Notes under the pieces: model-generated
What the model was told of the DNA's origin: nothing
Database searches by the model: none
The model's input: only the letters and a program-made list of their open reading frames with translations
Origin: an uncultured Acidobacteriota bacterium
GTDB taxonomy: Bacteria; Acidobacteriota; UBA6911; RPQK01; JAPXNP01
Assembly (NCBI GenBank): GCA_964484155.1
Contig: CAZAEY010000004.1
Coordinates: 1 to 58,495, forward strand
Reading direction: 5' to 3'
DNA: 58,495 nt
Program-made: the position numbers and the translations under genes
Shown here: positions 49,161-58,495 of the stretch, one piece after another
Layout: each line of letters starts with the position of its first letter
Numbering within the stretch: position 1 is the stretch's first letter

Positions 49161-49747
49161 CGGGCAATCACGCTGCTTCCGCCCCGCACCCGGTCTCCCG
49201 CAGAAACCAGCACCTCGCAGTCGGACGGGCAAAAGACGTCCGCGCGGCTTCCAAAACGTATAAGTCCCAGTCTATCACCTTTTTCCACGATGTCGCCGAC
49301 CTCTTTCCACGTGACGATTCGCCGAGCGACCAGACCCGCGATCAGCGAAAAGGTCAGCGGCCTGGCGCCGGCAATAGTAAATACAATCTGCTCGTTCTCC
49401 ACCGACGCATCGTCGGAGAAGGCCAGCTTGAACCGCCCCGGTCGATATTCACGGCGAATGATTTCGCCAGCGATGGGCGCGCGATTGACGTGCACGTCGA
49501 AAATCGAAAGGAAGATGGAAATCCTCTTCCCGCCCTCCGTCTCAATGACCTGAACGATCTTGCCATCTGCCGGACTGACGATGACCGAGGGATCCTGAGG
49601 AATGATCCGGTCGGGATTGCGGAAAAAGTAGATGACAAAAAGTCCGAGAAGCAACAGAAGAAATGCGAACGGCCACAGTCCCAGCAGAAAAACTAAAGCT
49701 GCGGAAGCAGCCAGGGGAATCAGAAAGAGATAGGCGTCTCGAACCAT
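49142..49747 (-). CDS. psd: Phosphatidylserine decarboxylase proenzyme (short Asd-type)
   Basis: 201 aa with N-terminal TM helices and the self-cleavage site region IRFGSRADV. Paired with pssA. Confidence 0.88.
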   Translation of the reverse strand: MVRDAYLFLIPLAASAALVFLLGLWPFAFLLLLLGLFVIYFFRNPDRIIPQDPSVIVSPADGKIVQVIETEGGKRISIFLSIFDVHVNRAPIAGEIIRREYRPGRFKLAFSDDASVENEQIVFTIAGARPLTFSLIAGLVARRIVTWKEVGDIVEKGDRLGLIRFGSRADVFCPSDCEVLVSAGDRVRGGSSVIARWIDLE

Positions 49748-49855
49748 CGTTGGTGGAACCGCTTTAAAGAAAAAAGGCGTCCGATTGGGCCGGCATCGTC
49801 AGGTTTGCCGGAAACCGGACGCCCAAGGCTTCGGCCAAATTCGTTGAGTATGACT

Positions 49856-50086
49856 TTAGTGGACCTGCCCTTCCATCTGATGTTGACTGATGAGGATCTG
49901 CATCTGATCCTTTAGTGCCAGCTTCTTCTTTTTCAAGACGGTCTCTTGCAGTTGCTCTTCCGAATTCAGGAAAGGCTTATTCGTATAATGCTCGAGCTGT
50001 TCCTCGTATCGCTGATGTTCTTCCGCCAACGTTCGGAACATCTCGTTGTGCTTCAGCAGATACTCCTTGACCACGTTTTCGTCCAC
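49856..50086 (-). CDS. DUF465 (YdcH-like) small coiled-coil protein
   Basis: HNEMFRTLAEEHQRYEEQLEH...LKKKKLALKDQM is typical of DUF465. GTG at 50086 has AAAGGAGG 6 nt upstream. The longer track ORF to 50188 lacks an RBS. Confidence 0.7.
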   Translation of the reverse strand: MDENVVKEYLLKHNEMFRTLAEEHQRYEEQLEHYTNKPFLNSEEQLQETVLKKKKLALKDQMQILISQHQMEGQVH

Positions 50087-50240
50087 CGTGTACCTCCTTT
50101 TCTTGGTTGTGATTGCGGATGTTTTGGATTCGGGCGGGTGAAAGAACCGATTGATCATTCTTCCTGACGTCACAATGTACCAGATCAATTCGGATGGATC
50201 AAGGGCTTTGCGCCGAGCCGTCGGCTTACAGCCCTGCAGT

Positions 50241-51299
50241 TCATCGTTCGACGGACAGCGCCCGTCGTCTGCGGAAACGCTCCAGGGCCAGATCGATGAG
50301 TTCCGTCAAAAGGTCGGAATAGCTCAGTCCGGAAGCCACCCAAAGCTTGGGATACATGCTGATTCGGGTGAATCCCGGGATGGTGTTCGGCTCGCTGACG
50401 AAAAACATTTCTGAGACCCGATCCATCAAGAAGTCAATGCGCGCCATGCCTTCGAGCTGAAGGGCCCTGTAGGCTTTAAGGGCCAGGGCGCAAACTTCTC
50501 GAGCTTGCTCGGGCCTGAGCGGAGCCGGCACCAGCAGGGAGCTCTCGGCGCTCAAGTACTTGGCCTCGTAACTGTAGAAGTCTCCGTACGGCACGATTTC
50601 TCCCGGAAGAGATGCGCGGGGCTGAAAGTTGCCAAGGACGGAAACTTCAATTTCGCGAGCATCGATTCCTTTTTCGACGATGACCCAGTCGTCGAATTGA
50701 AGCGCCTTTGCGACGGCGTCTTCGAGTTGAGAAGCTTCGATGATTTTTGAGATGCCGACGGAGGATCCGAGGTTTGCCGGCTTGATAAACATTGGGAAGG
50801 GGAGCGCGTCAAGGGCTCTCGACGCTATGCGATCCTTGTCCTCCTCCCATTCTCTTCGGTGAAAATCAAGCCAGTCGACCACGGGCAGGCCCTCCTGTCT
50901 GAGGATCTGTTTGCAATGGATCTTGTTCATGCCCAAGGCCGAGGCACAGACTCCGGCGCCGACGTACGGAAGCTGCATCAATTCCAGCAGCCCCTGAACG
51001 GTGCCGTCCTCTCCGAATGGTCCATGGAGGACAGGAAAGACTACATCACATTCCTTCCTGTTGGCCGCCATCCAGGCAATCCAGTCGTCGCAGGAGGGGA
51101 GCCCGACATCCAAAGCGTTCCCAAGATCCAAAAAAGAGCGGAGCCGTTCGGGAGTCATACTTTCGCCGCCCTTGCCGATTCCCAGAACCTGAACGGTAAA
51201 GCGGCTGCGATCCAGGCGGCTGATTATCGACGAGGCTGAGTCCAGCGACACCTCATGTTCGGCCGAACGTCCGCCGCACAGCACAAGAATTCGGGTCAT
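50241..51299 (-). CDS. ddl: D-alanine-D-alanine ligase
   Basis: 352 aa. MTRILVLCGGRSAEHEVSL, an ATP-grasp domain, and C-terminal EPNTIPGFT. Confidence 0.95.
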   Translation of the reverse strand: MTRILVLCGGRSAEHEVSLDSASSIISRLDRSRFTVQVLGIGKGGESMTPERLRSFLDLGNALDVGLPSCDDWIAWMAANRKECDVVFPVLHGPFGEDGTVQGLLELMQLPYVGAGVCASALGMNKIHCKQILRQEGLPVVDWLDFHRREWEEDKDRIASRALDALPFPMFIKPANLGSSVGISKIIEASQLEDAVAKALQFDDWVIVEKGIDAREIEVSVLGNFQPRASLPGEIVPYGDFYSYEAKYLSAESSLLVPAPLRPEQAREVCALALKAYRALQLEGMARIDFLMDRVSEMFFVSEPNTIPGFTRISMYPKLWVASGLSYSDLLTELIDLALERFRRRRALSVER

Positions 51300-52238
51300 T
51301 TAAAGAATTTTCTTTCCGAGGGCCGAGCAAATCAACTCCGCCGCAAGTATGCCGGTGATGTTCCCGCTGTCCAGCACCGGATTCACCTCCACCATTTCCA
51401 GCGAAATGCAGCGACGGCTGTCGAAGATCATTTCCATGGCCAGGTGGCTTTCCCGGTAGGTCATCCCGCCGCGGACCGGCGTTCCGACGCCTGGTGCGAT
51501 TTGCGGATCAACCACATCCAGGTCGAAACTGCAGTGAAATCCCAGCGTTCCATCAGATGCGATCTTCAGGGCCTCCTCCAGGACAGCCGTCAGCCCGCGC
51601 ATATCCAGCTCCTTCATGGTGACCACGCGCAAGCCTGACTTCTGGATCGCCTTTCTCTCCTGCTCGTCGATGCTTCGAGCGCCGATGACGATGCTTCGGT
51701 CGAAGCGGACTTTTGGCGAAAACCCCTCTATCTCAGTCAGTCGCCTGGGGCCCAGTCCCAGCAACGCCGCCAGAGGCATGCCATGGACGTTGCCGGACGG
51801 ACTCGTTTCCGGAGTGTTCAGATCGGTGTGCGCATCGACCCAGATCAGACCCAGTTCTCCCTTGTGCCGGCGGCAATAGGACGCAGCGCCCGAAACTGAG
51901 CCGACGGCGATGGAGTGGTCGCCGCCCAGCACCAAAGGCTTCTTTCCGGAGTCGAGCGTTTCTCGCACCCGCTGGGCCAGCTTGACGCAGGCCTGCGAGA
52001 TTTCGTCCAGATACATGTGCTTTTTCTTACCGAAGGAAAGTTCTTCCGCGATCTTGACTTCGATGTTGCCGACGTCCTCCACGTCGACGCCCATCTCCAG
52101 CAATCGACGCGAAAGTCCGGCGATCCGAATGGCCGATGGACCCATGTCCACGCCGCGCCTTCCAGCACCAAGATCCATCGGCGCTCCGATGATGCGCACC
52201 GGCCGCAGAGAACCGCTTTCGGTTAGGGTCGTCATCAT
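51300..52238 (-). CDS. rocF: Arginase (ureohydrolase family)
   Basis: 312 aa. GGDHSIAVGS, WVDAHTDLNTPETSPSGNVHGMPLA and SFDLDVVDP are Mn-ligand motifs of the arginase type. Its stop abuts the ddl start. Confidence 0.85.
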   Translation of the reverse strand: MMTTLTESGSLRPVRIIGAPMDLGAGRRGVDMGPSAIRIAGLSRRLLEMGVDVEDVGNIEVKIAEELSFGKKKHMYLDEISQACVKLAQRVRETLDSGKKPLVLGGDHSIAVGSVSGAASYCRRHKGELGLIWVDAHTDLNTPETSPSGNVHGMPLAALLGLGPRRLTEIEGFSPKVRFDRSIVIGARSIDEQERKAIQKSGLRVVTMKELDMRGLTAVLEEALKIASDGTLGFHCSFDLDVVDPQIAPGVGTPVRGGMTYRESHLAMEMIFDSRRCISLEMVEVNPVLDSGNITGILAAELICSALGKKIL

Positions 52239-52245
52239 TGCGCGC

Positions 52246-53187
52246 TCAATTTTCCGACCGTTCGTAGGCGTCGACGATCAATTGGACCAGGCGGTGCCGG
52301 ACTACGTCACGGCTGTCGAAGCTGCTAAAGGCGATGCCATCGACATCCTTGAGAATCTCGCATGCGTGAATCAGCCCCGACTGTTGTCCCTTCGGGAGGT
52401 CGATCTGAGTGATGTCTCCGGTCACTACCGTCTTGGAATGGAGTCCCAGGCGGGTCAGAAACATTTTCATCTGTTCCCGGGTTGCGTTCTGAGCTTCGTC
52501 CAGAATGATGAAGGAATCGCTCAGCGTGCGGCCGCGCATGAAGGCGATGGGCGCGACTTCGATGACGCCCTGCTCGAGCAGCTTCTGAACCTTCTCTCCG
52601 TCGATGAGGTTGTACAGGGAATCGTAGAGCGGGCGGAGATAAGGATTGACTTTTTCCTGCATGTCGCCGGGCAGAAATCCGAGCTTTTCACCAGCTTCGA
52701 CTGCGGGCCGGGCCAGAATGATTCGCCTGACGGCCTTCTTCATCAGCAAGGAGACGGCCATGGCGACTGCAAGGTACGTCTTCCCGGTTCCGGCCGGCCC
52801 GACAGCAATGACTAGATCGTTCCTTTCAATCGCATCCAGGTAATTCGCCTGATTCTGTGAGCGGGGTACTACCTGCCGGGAGGGGGTCTTGACGACGACG
52901 GTTCTGGGAAGGAGGTCGTGCAGGCTCTCCGCCGACGATTGCGCTATCTGCCGGAACGCATCCTTGAGGTCTCCGTTGGAAAACTCCACACCGCCTCGAA
53001 TCAGTTCGGAAAACTCGGAAAGAATCCTCTCTACGCTTCGCGTCCCCTCCTCGGTCCCTTCGACGGAGACCTGAGATCCGCGGGCGTGGATCTGGACTTG
53101 AAAAAGCTTCTCCAGCAGACGGATGTTTTCATCCCGCGCGTCAAACAGAATTTCTGCACCGCGCCCCGGCAAGACCAGCTTTTTCAA
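52246..53187 (-). CDS. phoH: PhoH-like ATPase (YbeZ family)
   Basis: 313 aa with Walker A GPAGTGKTYLAVA and a PhoH C-terminal pattern. Confidence 0.9.
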   Translation of the reverse strand: MKKLVLPGRGAEILFDARDENIRLLEKLFQVQIHARGSQVSVEGTEEGTRSVERILSEFSELIRGGVEFSNGDLKDAFRQIAQSSAESLHDLLPRTVVVKTPSRQVVPRSQNQANYLDAIERNDLVIAVGPAGTGKTYLAVAMAVSLLMKKAVRRIILARPAVEAGEKLGFLPGDMQEKVNPYLRPLYDSLYNLIDGEKVQKLLEQGVIEVAPIAFMRGRTLSDSFIILDEAQNATREQMKMFLTRLGLHSKTVVTGDITQIDLPKGQQSGLIHACEILKDVDGIAFSSFDSRDVVRHRLVQLIVDAYERSEN

Positions 53188-53213
53188 GCGAAAGCGATAT
53201 CCTCCGTCGGTCC

Positions 53214-53477
53214 TCAGGCTTGTCGATTCAGAGTGCGGGTCAGCCGGGCCTTGTATCTCGAAGCAGTGTTGGAATGAATGACTCCCTTTTGCGCAGTCCG
53301 GTCGATGACAGCGTATACGCGTGGCAACAGGGTCCGCGCCTCGTCGACCTGACCTTCGTTCAAGAGTCGGCGGAACTTTTTGATTTCCGTTCTCATTCTA
53401 GACATCTTCTGGCGATTCGCGAGTCTGCGCTTTACGTTCTGACGCATTCTCTTGATCGCCGACTTAATATTCGCCAT
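53214..53477 (-). CDS. rpsT: 30S ribosomal protein S20
   Basis: 87 aa, starting MANIKSAIKRMRQ. Confidence 0.95.
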   Translation of the reverse strand: MANIKSAIKRMRQNVKRRLANRQKMSRMRTEIKKFRRLLNEGQVDEARTLLPRVYAVIDRTAQKGVIHSNTASRYKARLTRTLNRQA

Positions 53478-53519
53478 ATCGAATCCTTTTCCCAGATAGC
53501 AATGAGGTGAAGTGGGTCA

Positions 53520-54470
53520 TTATAAGGATCCCGTTCGGCAGGTGTCAATGATGAGCCGCTGCAATTGCCCCTGGGGATCGGCTGACGTCGACTTGCTCAG
53601 GCGGTCCGTCAGTCTCAATTGCATCAGGACGTAGCGGAGATATTCGAGCGAATAATTGCGGACATCCCGTTCTCTGGACTTGTAGCTCCAGATGTTAAGT
53701 TCTTTGACAATGGGAAAAAAAGGCTGTCCTCGCTGCAGCATCTCCCTTGCCACCAGCAATCTCTTGAAGTTCCAATAGAGCATCGACTGGATCTGCAGCG
53801 GACTCATACCCGCCTGGATCAATTGGCTCAGGATGCGCAGCGCACGCTCCGCGTGCCGCTCGGCGATTGCAGAAATCAGTTCGAAAACGTCCCTTTCCCT
53901 CCCCTCCATGGTCAGTTTCAGGATGCTTTCTCGAGTGATTTCTTTTCCCTCGAAATTGTTCAGGATCTGCTTTTCCACCTCCATGTCCAGGCGGAGCAGG
54001 TCGTCTCCAACCAATTCGATCAGCAAGTCCACAGCTCCGGGTTCGAATCGGAATCCCTCTGACTGGAGACGAGCGCGGATCATCCGGGAAGCGGCCCCGG
54101 AGTCATCGGTCTGCACGGCGGCGATCTTTTTTCCAAGCGATCCCTTGCGGCCGCTGTTTTCCAGAATCAGGACCGTACGGCTGGAAGGATTTCTCAGGTA
54201 TTGCAGAAGCGCGTCCTTGCCTTCTTGCGCGTTCTTGACGTGGATCCAGCGGCGAGCGGATAGCCAGGGAAGAGTCTTCGCCAGGTCGATGACTTCGCGA
54301 ACCGAGTCGCCGTTCAGGTCAAAAACGGCCCAATCGAAGGCTCTGGCCGCTTCATCGACCTGATTCCGAGCCAGTTCCACGATTTTGCCGACCACGTAAT
54401 CCTGATCTGATTCGATCAGATAGGCGGGTTCGGGTTCCTTCAGGGAATTTTTGTACTCCTGGAAATTCAT
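53520..54470 (-). CDS. holA: DNA polymerase III delta subunit
   Basis: 316 aa. It sits in the conserved leuS-lptE-holA order and has a delta-like N-terminal pattern (YLIESDQDY). Confidence 0.8.
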   Translation of the reverse strand: MNFQEYKNSLKEPEPAYLIESDQDYVVGKIVELARNQVDEAARAFDWAVFDLNGDSVREVIDLAKTLPWLSARRWIHVKNAQEGKDALLQYLRNPSSRTVLILENSGRKGSLGKKIAAVQTDDSGAASRMIRARLQSEGFRFEPGAVDLLIELVGDDLLRLDMEVEKQILNNFEGKEITRESILKLTMEGRERDVFELISAIAERHAERALRILSQLIQAGMSPLQIQSMLYWNFKRLLVAREMLQRGQPFFPIVKELNIWSYKSRERDVRNYSLEYLRYVLMQLRLTDRLSKSTSADPQGQLQRLIIDTCRTGSL

Positions 54471-54475
54471 ATCGC

Positions 54476-54988
54476 CTAGAAGCTTTCCCGAATGGTCGTC
54501 ACCACGCTGGAGGCGAAATCTCTTGCTATTCGATCCAGCGCCGGATTCAACTCGGAAAAAAAGTTCTCCACGTCGACATTGATAACGTACTGCTCCCGGA
54601 ATATGTAATCATTGCGGGAGAACACCACCCGCCCCGTTTCTCTTTCATTCAGCTCGACCCTGAGGTGGAGAGTTACCAGAAAGGTCGAACCGAATGCGGT
54701 TCTCCCGATTGTAATGGGACTGGCTCTGAGCGAAGTGATCACTCCGGTCAGGATGACATCCGCCTGCCCCTCCGAATTGACGACTTGCAAGGATGTGGAC
54801 TGAACGACTTCCCGACTCAGGGCTCGGGTCAGAATCTGGTCCACTTCGATCTGGGTCGTGCGATTCTCCAATGGGCGGACCAGAATGGAGCGGAAGCCCT
54901 GGTCCAGACGATTCTGAGAAGCGACTTTGTACCCGCATGAAAAGGCTGTTACGGAAATCAGAACCAGCAGCGCAGCGCGTTTCAACAT
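54476..54988 (-). CDS. lptE: LPS-assembly lipoprotein LptE
   Basis: 170 aa with lipobox VTAFS|C. Located directly after leuS. Confidence 0.7.
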   Translation of the reverse strand: MLKRAALLVLISVTAFSCGYKVASQNRLDQGFRSILVRPLENRTTQIEVDQILTRALSREVVQSTSLQVVNSEGQADVILTGVITSLRASPITIGRTAFGSTFLVTLHLRVELNERETGRVVFSRNDYIFREQYVINVDVENFFSELNPALDRIARDFASSVVTTIRESF

Positions 54989-55000
54989 AAGTTTGGGCTC

Positions 55001-57475
55001 TTATCCGGAGATCACGATGTTGACCAGCTTGCCCGGCACTGCGATCACTTTTCGAACCTCTTTTCCCCGGACGAATTCCTGCACCCGTTGGTCGGCCAGA
55101 GCCAGTTCCTTCATGTCCTCCGGAGACACCTCTGGAGGGGCGTCGACCCGGGCCCTGACCTTTCCGTTAATCTGAACCACGATCTCAATTTCCTCCTCCC
55201 GTGCCAACTGCGGGTCGAACGCGGGCCAAGCTGCATCCACCACCATTCCTTCATAACCCAGTGTCCGCCACAGTTCTTCACATATGTGCGGGGTAAACGG
55301 CGCCAGCAACCGCACCATCGGATCGAACAGCTCGCTGAGCACTTCGGGGCGCGCTCCGTCTTGATCCGCATAATCGGTCACAGCGTTCAGTAGCTCCATA
55401 AGAGCCGCAATCGCCGTATTCTGGTGAAAACGCTCAAGGTCCGCGGTCACTTTTTGAATCGTCTGATGGAGCTTCCGAATGACCTTTCGATCGGCGTCGC
55501 CGAGCCTATCGAAATCGGGCGCTCCTTGAGCCGGCTGCAACTTCTGGTGAATTTGAAATACCGCCCTCCAGAACCGCTTCAGAAATCGACTGCTCCCTTC
55601 AACGCCCTTGTCATTCCACTCCAGCTCGCCGTCCGGCGGCGCGCAGAACTGAATGAAGAGACGCAACGAATCTGCGCCGAACTCTCGCACGATTTCATCG
55701 GGAGCAACGACGTTGCCGAGCGACTTGCTCATCTTGGCGCCGTCCTTGATGACCATCCCCTGAGTAAACAACCGCTTCACAGGCTCGTCCAGCTCGACCA
55801 ATTCCAAATCGCGCATTACCTTGGTGAAAAACCGCATGTAGATCAGGTGCAGGACCGCATGCTCGACGCCTCCGATGTAGAGATCGACCGGCATCCAGTA
55901 CTTGATCGGCCCTCGCCCGTAGGGCTGGCTATCGTTCCGGGGATCTGCGTACCGGTAGAAATACCAGGAGCTGTCGACAAATGTATCCATCGTGTCCGTC
56001 TCGCGGCGAGCGGCGGCTCCGCACTCCGGACAGGCTGCATGGACGAATTCCGGGACTTTCCCCAGCGGCGACCCGCCCAACTGGACTCCCTCCATTTTCG
56101 GAAGCAGCACGGGGAGTTCCTTTTCCGGAACCGGCACCGCTCCGCACTGTGGGCAATGAATGATCGGAATAGGCGTTCCCCAATAGCGCTGGCGGCTGAT
56201 GCCCCAGTCCCTGAGACGATACGTAACCGTCCTTTCTCCAAAGCCCTCCCGTTCCGCCAACTCTCCCATGGCCTGTTGGGCTTCCTGTGAGGGCATTCCC
56301 GTAAAGCGTCCGCTGTCGATCAGAACGCCGGGTTCAGTCATCGCCTCCAAGGGTCGCTCCGGAAGCCTCTGCTCGCCGTTTGAAACGATCACCGTTCTGA
56401 CTGGCAGCCGATACTTCTGAGAGAATTCGAAATCCCGGTGATCGTGGGCCGGTACTGCCATAATGGCGCCCGTGCCATATTCCATCAGGACGAAGTTTGC
56501 GGTCCATACCGGAACTCGCTCTCCGCTGAAGGGATTTAGAGCGAATTTTCCGGTAAACGCGCCCGCCTTCTCCGACGTCTCGTCCGTTCGAATTCGGCGA
56601 TCCTGACGGCGCGCCTGCTCCACCATTTGGGACAGGTCACCCGGAGCGCCCGGCTGCCCCAGCCAGTCCGCGATCAGCGGATGTTCCGGCGCCAGCACTA
56701 GAAACGTCGCGCCAAAGATCGTGTCGAGGCGCGTCGTAAAGACTTCGATCCCGGCATCGGATTCCTCCAGCTGGAACCGGACCTTGGCCCCGACGGATTT
56801 TCCGATCCAGTTCCGCTGCATCGTCCGGACCTTTTCCGGCCATTCCGTCAAACCGTCCAGCCCCTGCAGCAGTTCCTCCGCGTAGCGGGTGATGGCCAGA
56901 TACCATTGCGCCAGATCCTTCTGGACGACCGGCGTATCGTCCCTCCAGCACAGTCCGTTGACGACCTGCTCGTTGGCCAGAACGGTTTGGCAACGCTCGC
57001 ACCAGTTCACCGGGCCTTTCTTGCTGTAGGCCAGCCCTCGCCGATGCATCTGAATGAAGAACCACTGATTCCAACGATAGTAGTCGGGAAGGCAGGTTGC
57101 GATTTCACGCGACCAGTCGTAGGAATAACCCATCCGCTTGCACTGGTCCTTCATCTTGGAAATATTTTCAAGTGTCCATTTCTCCGGCGGAACGCCGTGC
57201 TGAATTGCAGCGTTCTCGGCAGGCAAACCGAAGGCGTCCCATCCCAACGGGTGCAGGACGTTTTTACCGCGCATGCGCTGGTAGCGGGCAAAGGAGTCAC
57301 CCAGCGAGTAGTTCCGAATGTGGCCCATGTGCAGAGCGCCGGAGGGATACGGAAGCATTTCAAGGACGTAGCGCTTCTCGGATCCGGCATCCTCCGAGAC
57401 CCGGTAGGTCTCGCCTTTCTCCCATTTCTGCTGCCACTTGCGCTCGATGGCCTGAAAATCGTACCGTTCCTTCAT
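55001..57475 (-). CDS. leuS: Leucyl-tRNA synthetase
   Basis: 824 aa. [11 protein letters not shown] is the HIGH motif and KMSKS is present as KMSKSLGN. Confidence 0.97.
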   Translation of the reverse strand: MKERYDFQAIERKWQQKWEKGETYRVSEDAGSEKRYVLEMLPYPSGALHMGHIRNYSLGDSFARYQRMRGKNVLHPLGWDAFGLPAENAAIQHGVPPEKWTLENISKMKDQCKRMGYSYDWSREIATCLPDYYRWNQWFFIQMHRRGLAYSKKGPVNWCERCQTVLANEQVVNGLCWRDDTPVVQKDLAQWYLAITRYAEELLQGLDGLTEWPEKVRTMQRNWIGKSVGAKVRFQLEESDAGIEVFTTRLDTIFGATFLVLAPEHPLIADWLGQPGAPGDLSQMVEQARRQDRRIRTDETSEKAGAFTGKFALNPFSGERVPVWTANFVLMEYGTGAIMAVPAHDHRDFEFSQKYRLPVRTVIVSNGEQRLPERPLEAMTEPGVLIDSGRFTGMPSQEAQQAMGELAEREGFGERTVTYRLRDWGISRQRYWGTPIPIIHCPQCGAVPVPEKELPVLLPKMEGVQLGGSPLGKVPEFVHAACPECGAAARRETDTMDTFVDSSWYFYRYADPRNDSQPYGRGPIKYWMPVDLYIGGVEHAVLHLIYMRFFTKVMRDLELVELDEPVKRLFTQGMVIKDGAKMSKSLGNVVAPDEIVREFGADSLRLFIQFCAPPDGELEWNDKGVEGSSRFLKRFWRAVFQIHQKLQPAQGAPDFDRLGDADRKVIRKLHQTIQKVTADLERFHQNTAIAALMELLNAVTDYADQDGARPEVLSELFDPMVRLLAPFTPHICEELWRTLGYEGMVVDAAWPAFDPQLAREEEIEIVVQINGKVRARVDAPPEVSPEDMKELALADQRVQEFVRGKEVRKVIAVPGKLVNIVISG

Positions 57476-57489
57476 CGCTCTCCTGCGCT

Positions 57490-58068
57490 TTAGTCCGCCT
57501 CCGACCCGCCGGGTTTCAATTTCGGCAGCGCGATCCCCTTTTGAGCCTGATACTTACCCTTGCGGTCCTTATAGGAGACGCTGCAGGTTTCGTCGGCGGC
57601 CAGAAACAGAACCTGCGCGATTCCTTCCTTTGCATAGATTCTAACGGGAGAAGGCCCGGTGTTGGAAATCGAGATCGTCACAAATCCTTCCCACTCGGGC
57701 TCAAACGGCGTGACGTTGACCAAAATGCCGCAGCGGGCATAGGTCGATTTTCCGAAACAGACGGTCACCACGTCTCTGGGGATCCGAAAGTACTCCAAGG
57801 ACTGGGCCAGAACGAATGAGCCCGCCGGAACTACGCAACTGTCTCCCTGATGGTCTTCGAACAACCCGCGCGTCGATTCCTTCGGATCCAGAATGTCGGA
57901 GTCGGAGCCCCTAAAAATCTTAAAACGGTCGGCCAGACGAAAATCGTAGCCGTAGGAAGATGGTCCAAAGGAGATCCGCCCCTCGCTGACGAGCTTTTCC
58001 GAAAAAGGCTCGATCATGGCATGCTGGCGCGCCATTTGTATGATCCAGTGGTCCGGTTTGACTCCCAT
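57490..58068 (-). CDS. dcd: dCTP deaminase
   Basis: Contains [34 protein letters not shown] at 58068 is preferred over the track start at 58113. Confidence 0.88.
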   Translation of the reverse strand: MGVKPDHWIIQMARQHAMIEPFSEKLVSEGRISFGPSSYGYDFRLADRFKIFRGSDSDILDPKESTRGLFEDHQGDSCVVPAGSFVLAQSLEYFRIPRDVVTVCFGKSTYARCGILVNVTPFEPEWEGFVTISISNTGPSPVRIYAKEGIAQVLFLAADETCSVSYKDRKGKYQAQKGIALPKLKPGGSEAD

Positions 58069-58123
58069 TCGAGACGTCTCCGATCGCTCGCGGAAAGGGT
58101 GGAAGTTTACCATAGCGTTGGGC

Positions 58124-58210
58124 GTTCCGCGTGCTCTGTTCTGCGTTCCGCGTTTCGAGGTTTCAAGGTTCCGGGTTCCGCGGTTTCGGGTCCTTGGTCC
58201 CGCGTTCGAA
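58124..58210. repeat. Degenerate tandem 7-8-mers beginning GTTYC / GTYCC
   Basis: It reads GTTCCGCG TGCTCT GTTCTGC GTTCCGC GTTTCGAG GTTTCAAG GTTCCGG GTTCCGCG GTTTCGG GTCCTTG GTCCCGC GTTCGAAG. It lies upstream of dcd. Confidence 0.65.
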
Positions 58211-58262
58211 GGGTCGAGGAAAGCGATTCATTCCAACGAAACCGACGGAGCGCCGGATGTCA

Positions 58263-58290
58263 GAGCGACGGGCCCGCAGGGGCCGTTGAT
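58263..58290 (-). repeat. REP-like unit in inverted orientation
   Basis: GAGCGACG + GGCCC-GCAG-GGGCC + GTTGAT. Confidence 0.65.
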
Positions 58291-58338
58291 TCCGTCTGAA
58301 CGGGTTCAGCGAACTTGCCGCTTTCGAAGAATCGGACG

Positions 58339-58380
58339 ATCAACGCGTCCGAAGCGGCCGCGTCGCTCTGTCATCCGGCG
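58339..58380 (+). repeat. REP-like unit
   Basis: ATCAACGCGTCCGAAGCGGCCGCGTCGCTC followed by TGTCATCCGGCG. It has the same flanks as units at 3-45 and 186-228. Confidence 0.7.
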
Positions 58381-58463
58381 CTTCGTACGCTTCGTGCTGC
58401 ATACTGCGTGCTTTGCGCTGCGTTTGGAGGGCGCTTCGTGGGTTTCGTGACGCTGCGCCCCAA

Positions 58464-58495
58464 ATCAACGCGGCCGAAGCGGCCGCGTCGCTCTG
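58464..58495 (+). repeat. REP-like unit, cut by the window end
   Basis: ATCAAC + GCGGCCG-AAG-CGGCCGC (perfect 7-bp stem) + GTCGCTCTG. It is a direct repeat of 58339-58370 with a 125-bp period. Confidence 0.7.

Noticed and set aside
48105-49167. 259-aa plus-strand and 343-aa minus-strand ORFs over pssA
   Set aside because: These are alternative or antisense frames of pssA, whose CDP-alcohol transferase motif identifies the true frame.

Overview
This 58.5 kb, high-GC window comes from a diderm bacterium: lpxD, lptE, murJ and a PilQ secretin are all present. Phylum cannot be determined from the sequence alone. The gene set would fit Acidobacteriota or a neighbouring phylum, but that is inference only. 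The window is mostly core housekeeping. It carries mglBA, glmU, speA, carAB and lepB. It also carries the rpsB-tsf-pyrH-frr and rplM-rpsI clusters, pilMNOPQ, accBC, thiE, xerD, ppdK and ino1. The remainder is glyQS, recO, pssA-psd, ddl, arginase, phoH, rpsT, and holA-lptE-leuS-dcd. I corrected several ORF-track starts (carA, tsf, pilN, pilP, thiE, second NSS transporter, ino1, pssA, dcd, minor pilins, DUF465). I added three things the track misses: a 36-aa MetS-like NSS small subunit, a methyltransferase pseudogene, and a 59-aa membrane ORF. I do not see a self-contained new multi-gene system such as a defence island or a biosynthetic cluster. The best leads are as follows. (1) A Crp-family regulator sits next to a perfect TGTGA-N6-TCACA box in front of a minor-pilin operon. 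A second box lies upstream of pilMNOPQ with identical promoter geometry, suggesting a CRP-type type IV pilus regulon. (2) A secreted cyanophycinase-like (S51) protein is fused to a cysteine-rich tail that ends in a knottin-like 6-Cys module. (3) A dispersed REP/REPIN-like hairpin repeat family occupies many intergenic regions and both window edges, with compensatory stem changes. (4) An accBC-NSS-thiE-NSS-metS-like gene string is joined by ATGA stop/start overlaps. (5) Ribosomal protein S2 carries a roughly 190-aa Lys/Ala/Glu-rich tail. All functional calls rest on my reading of motifs and gene order. No database search was run.
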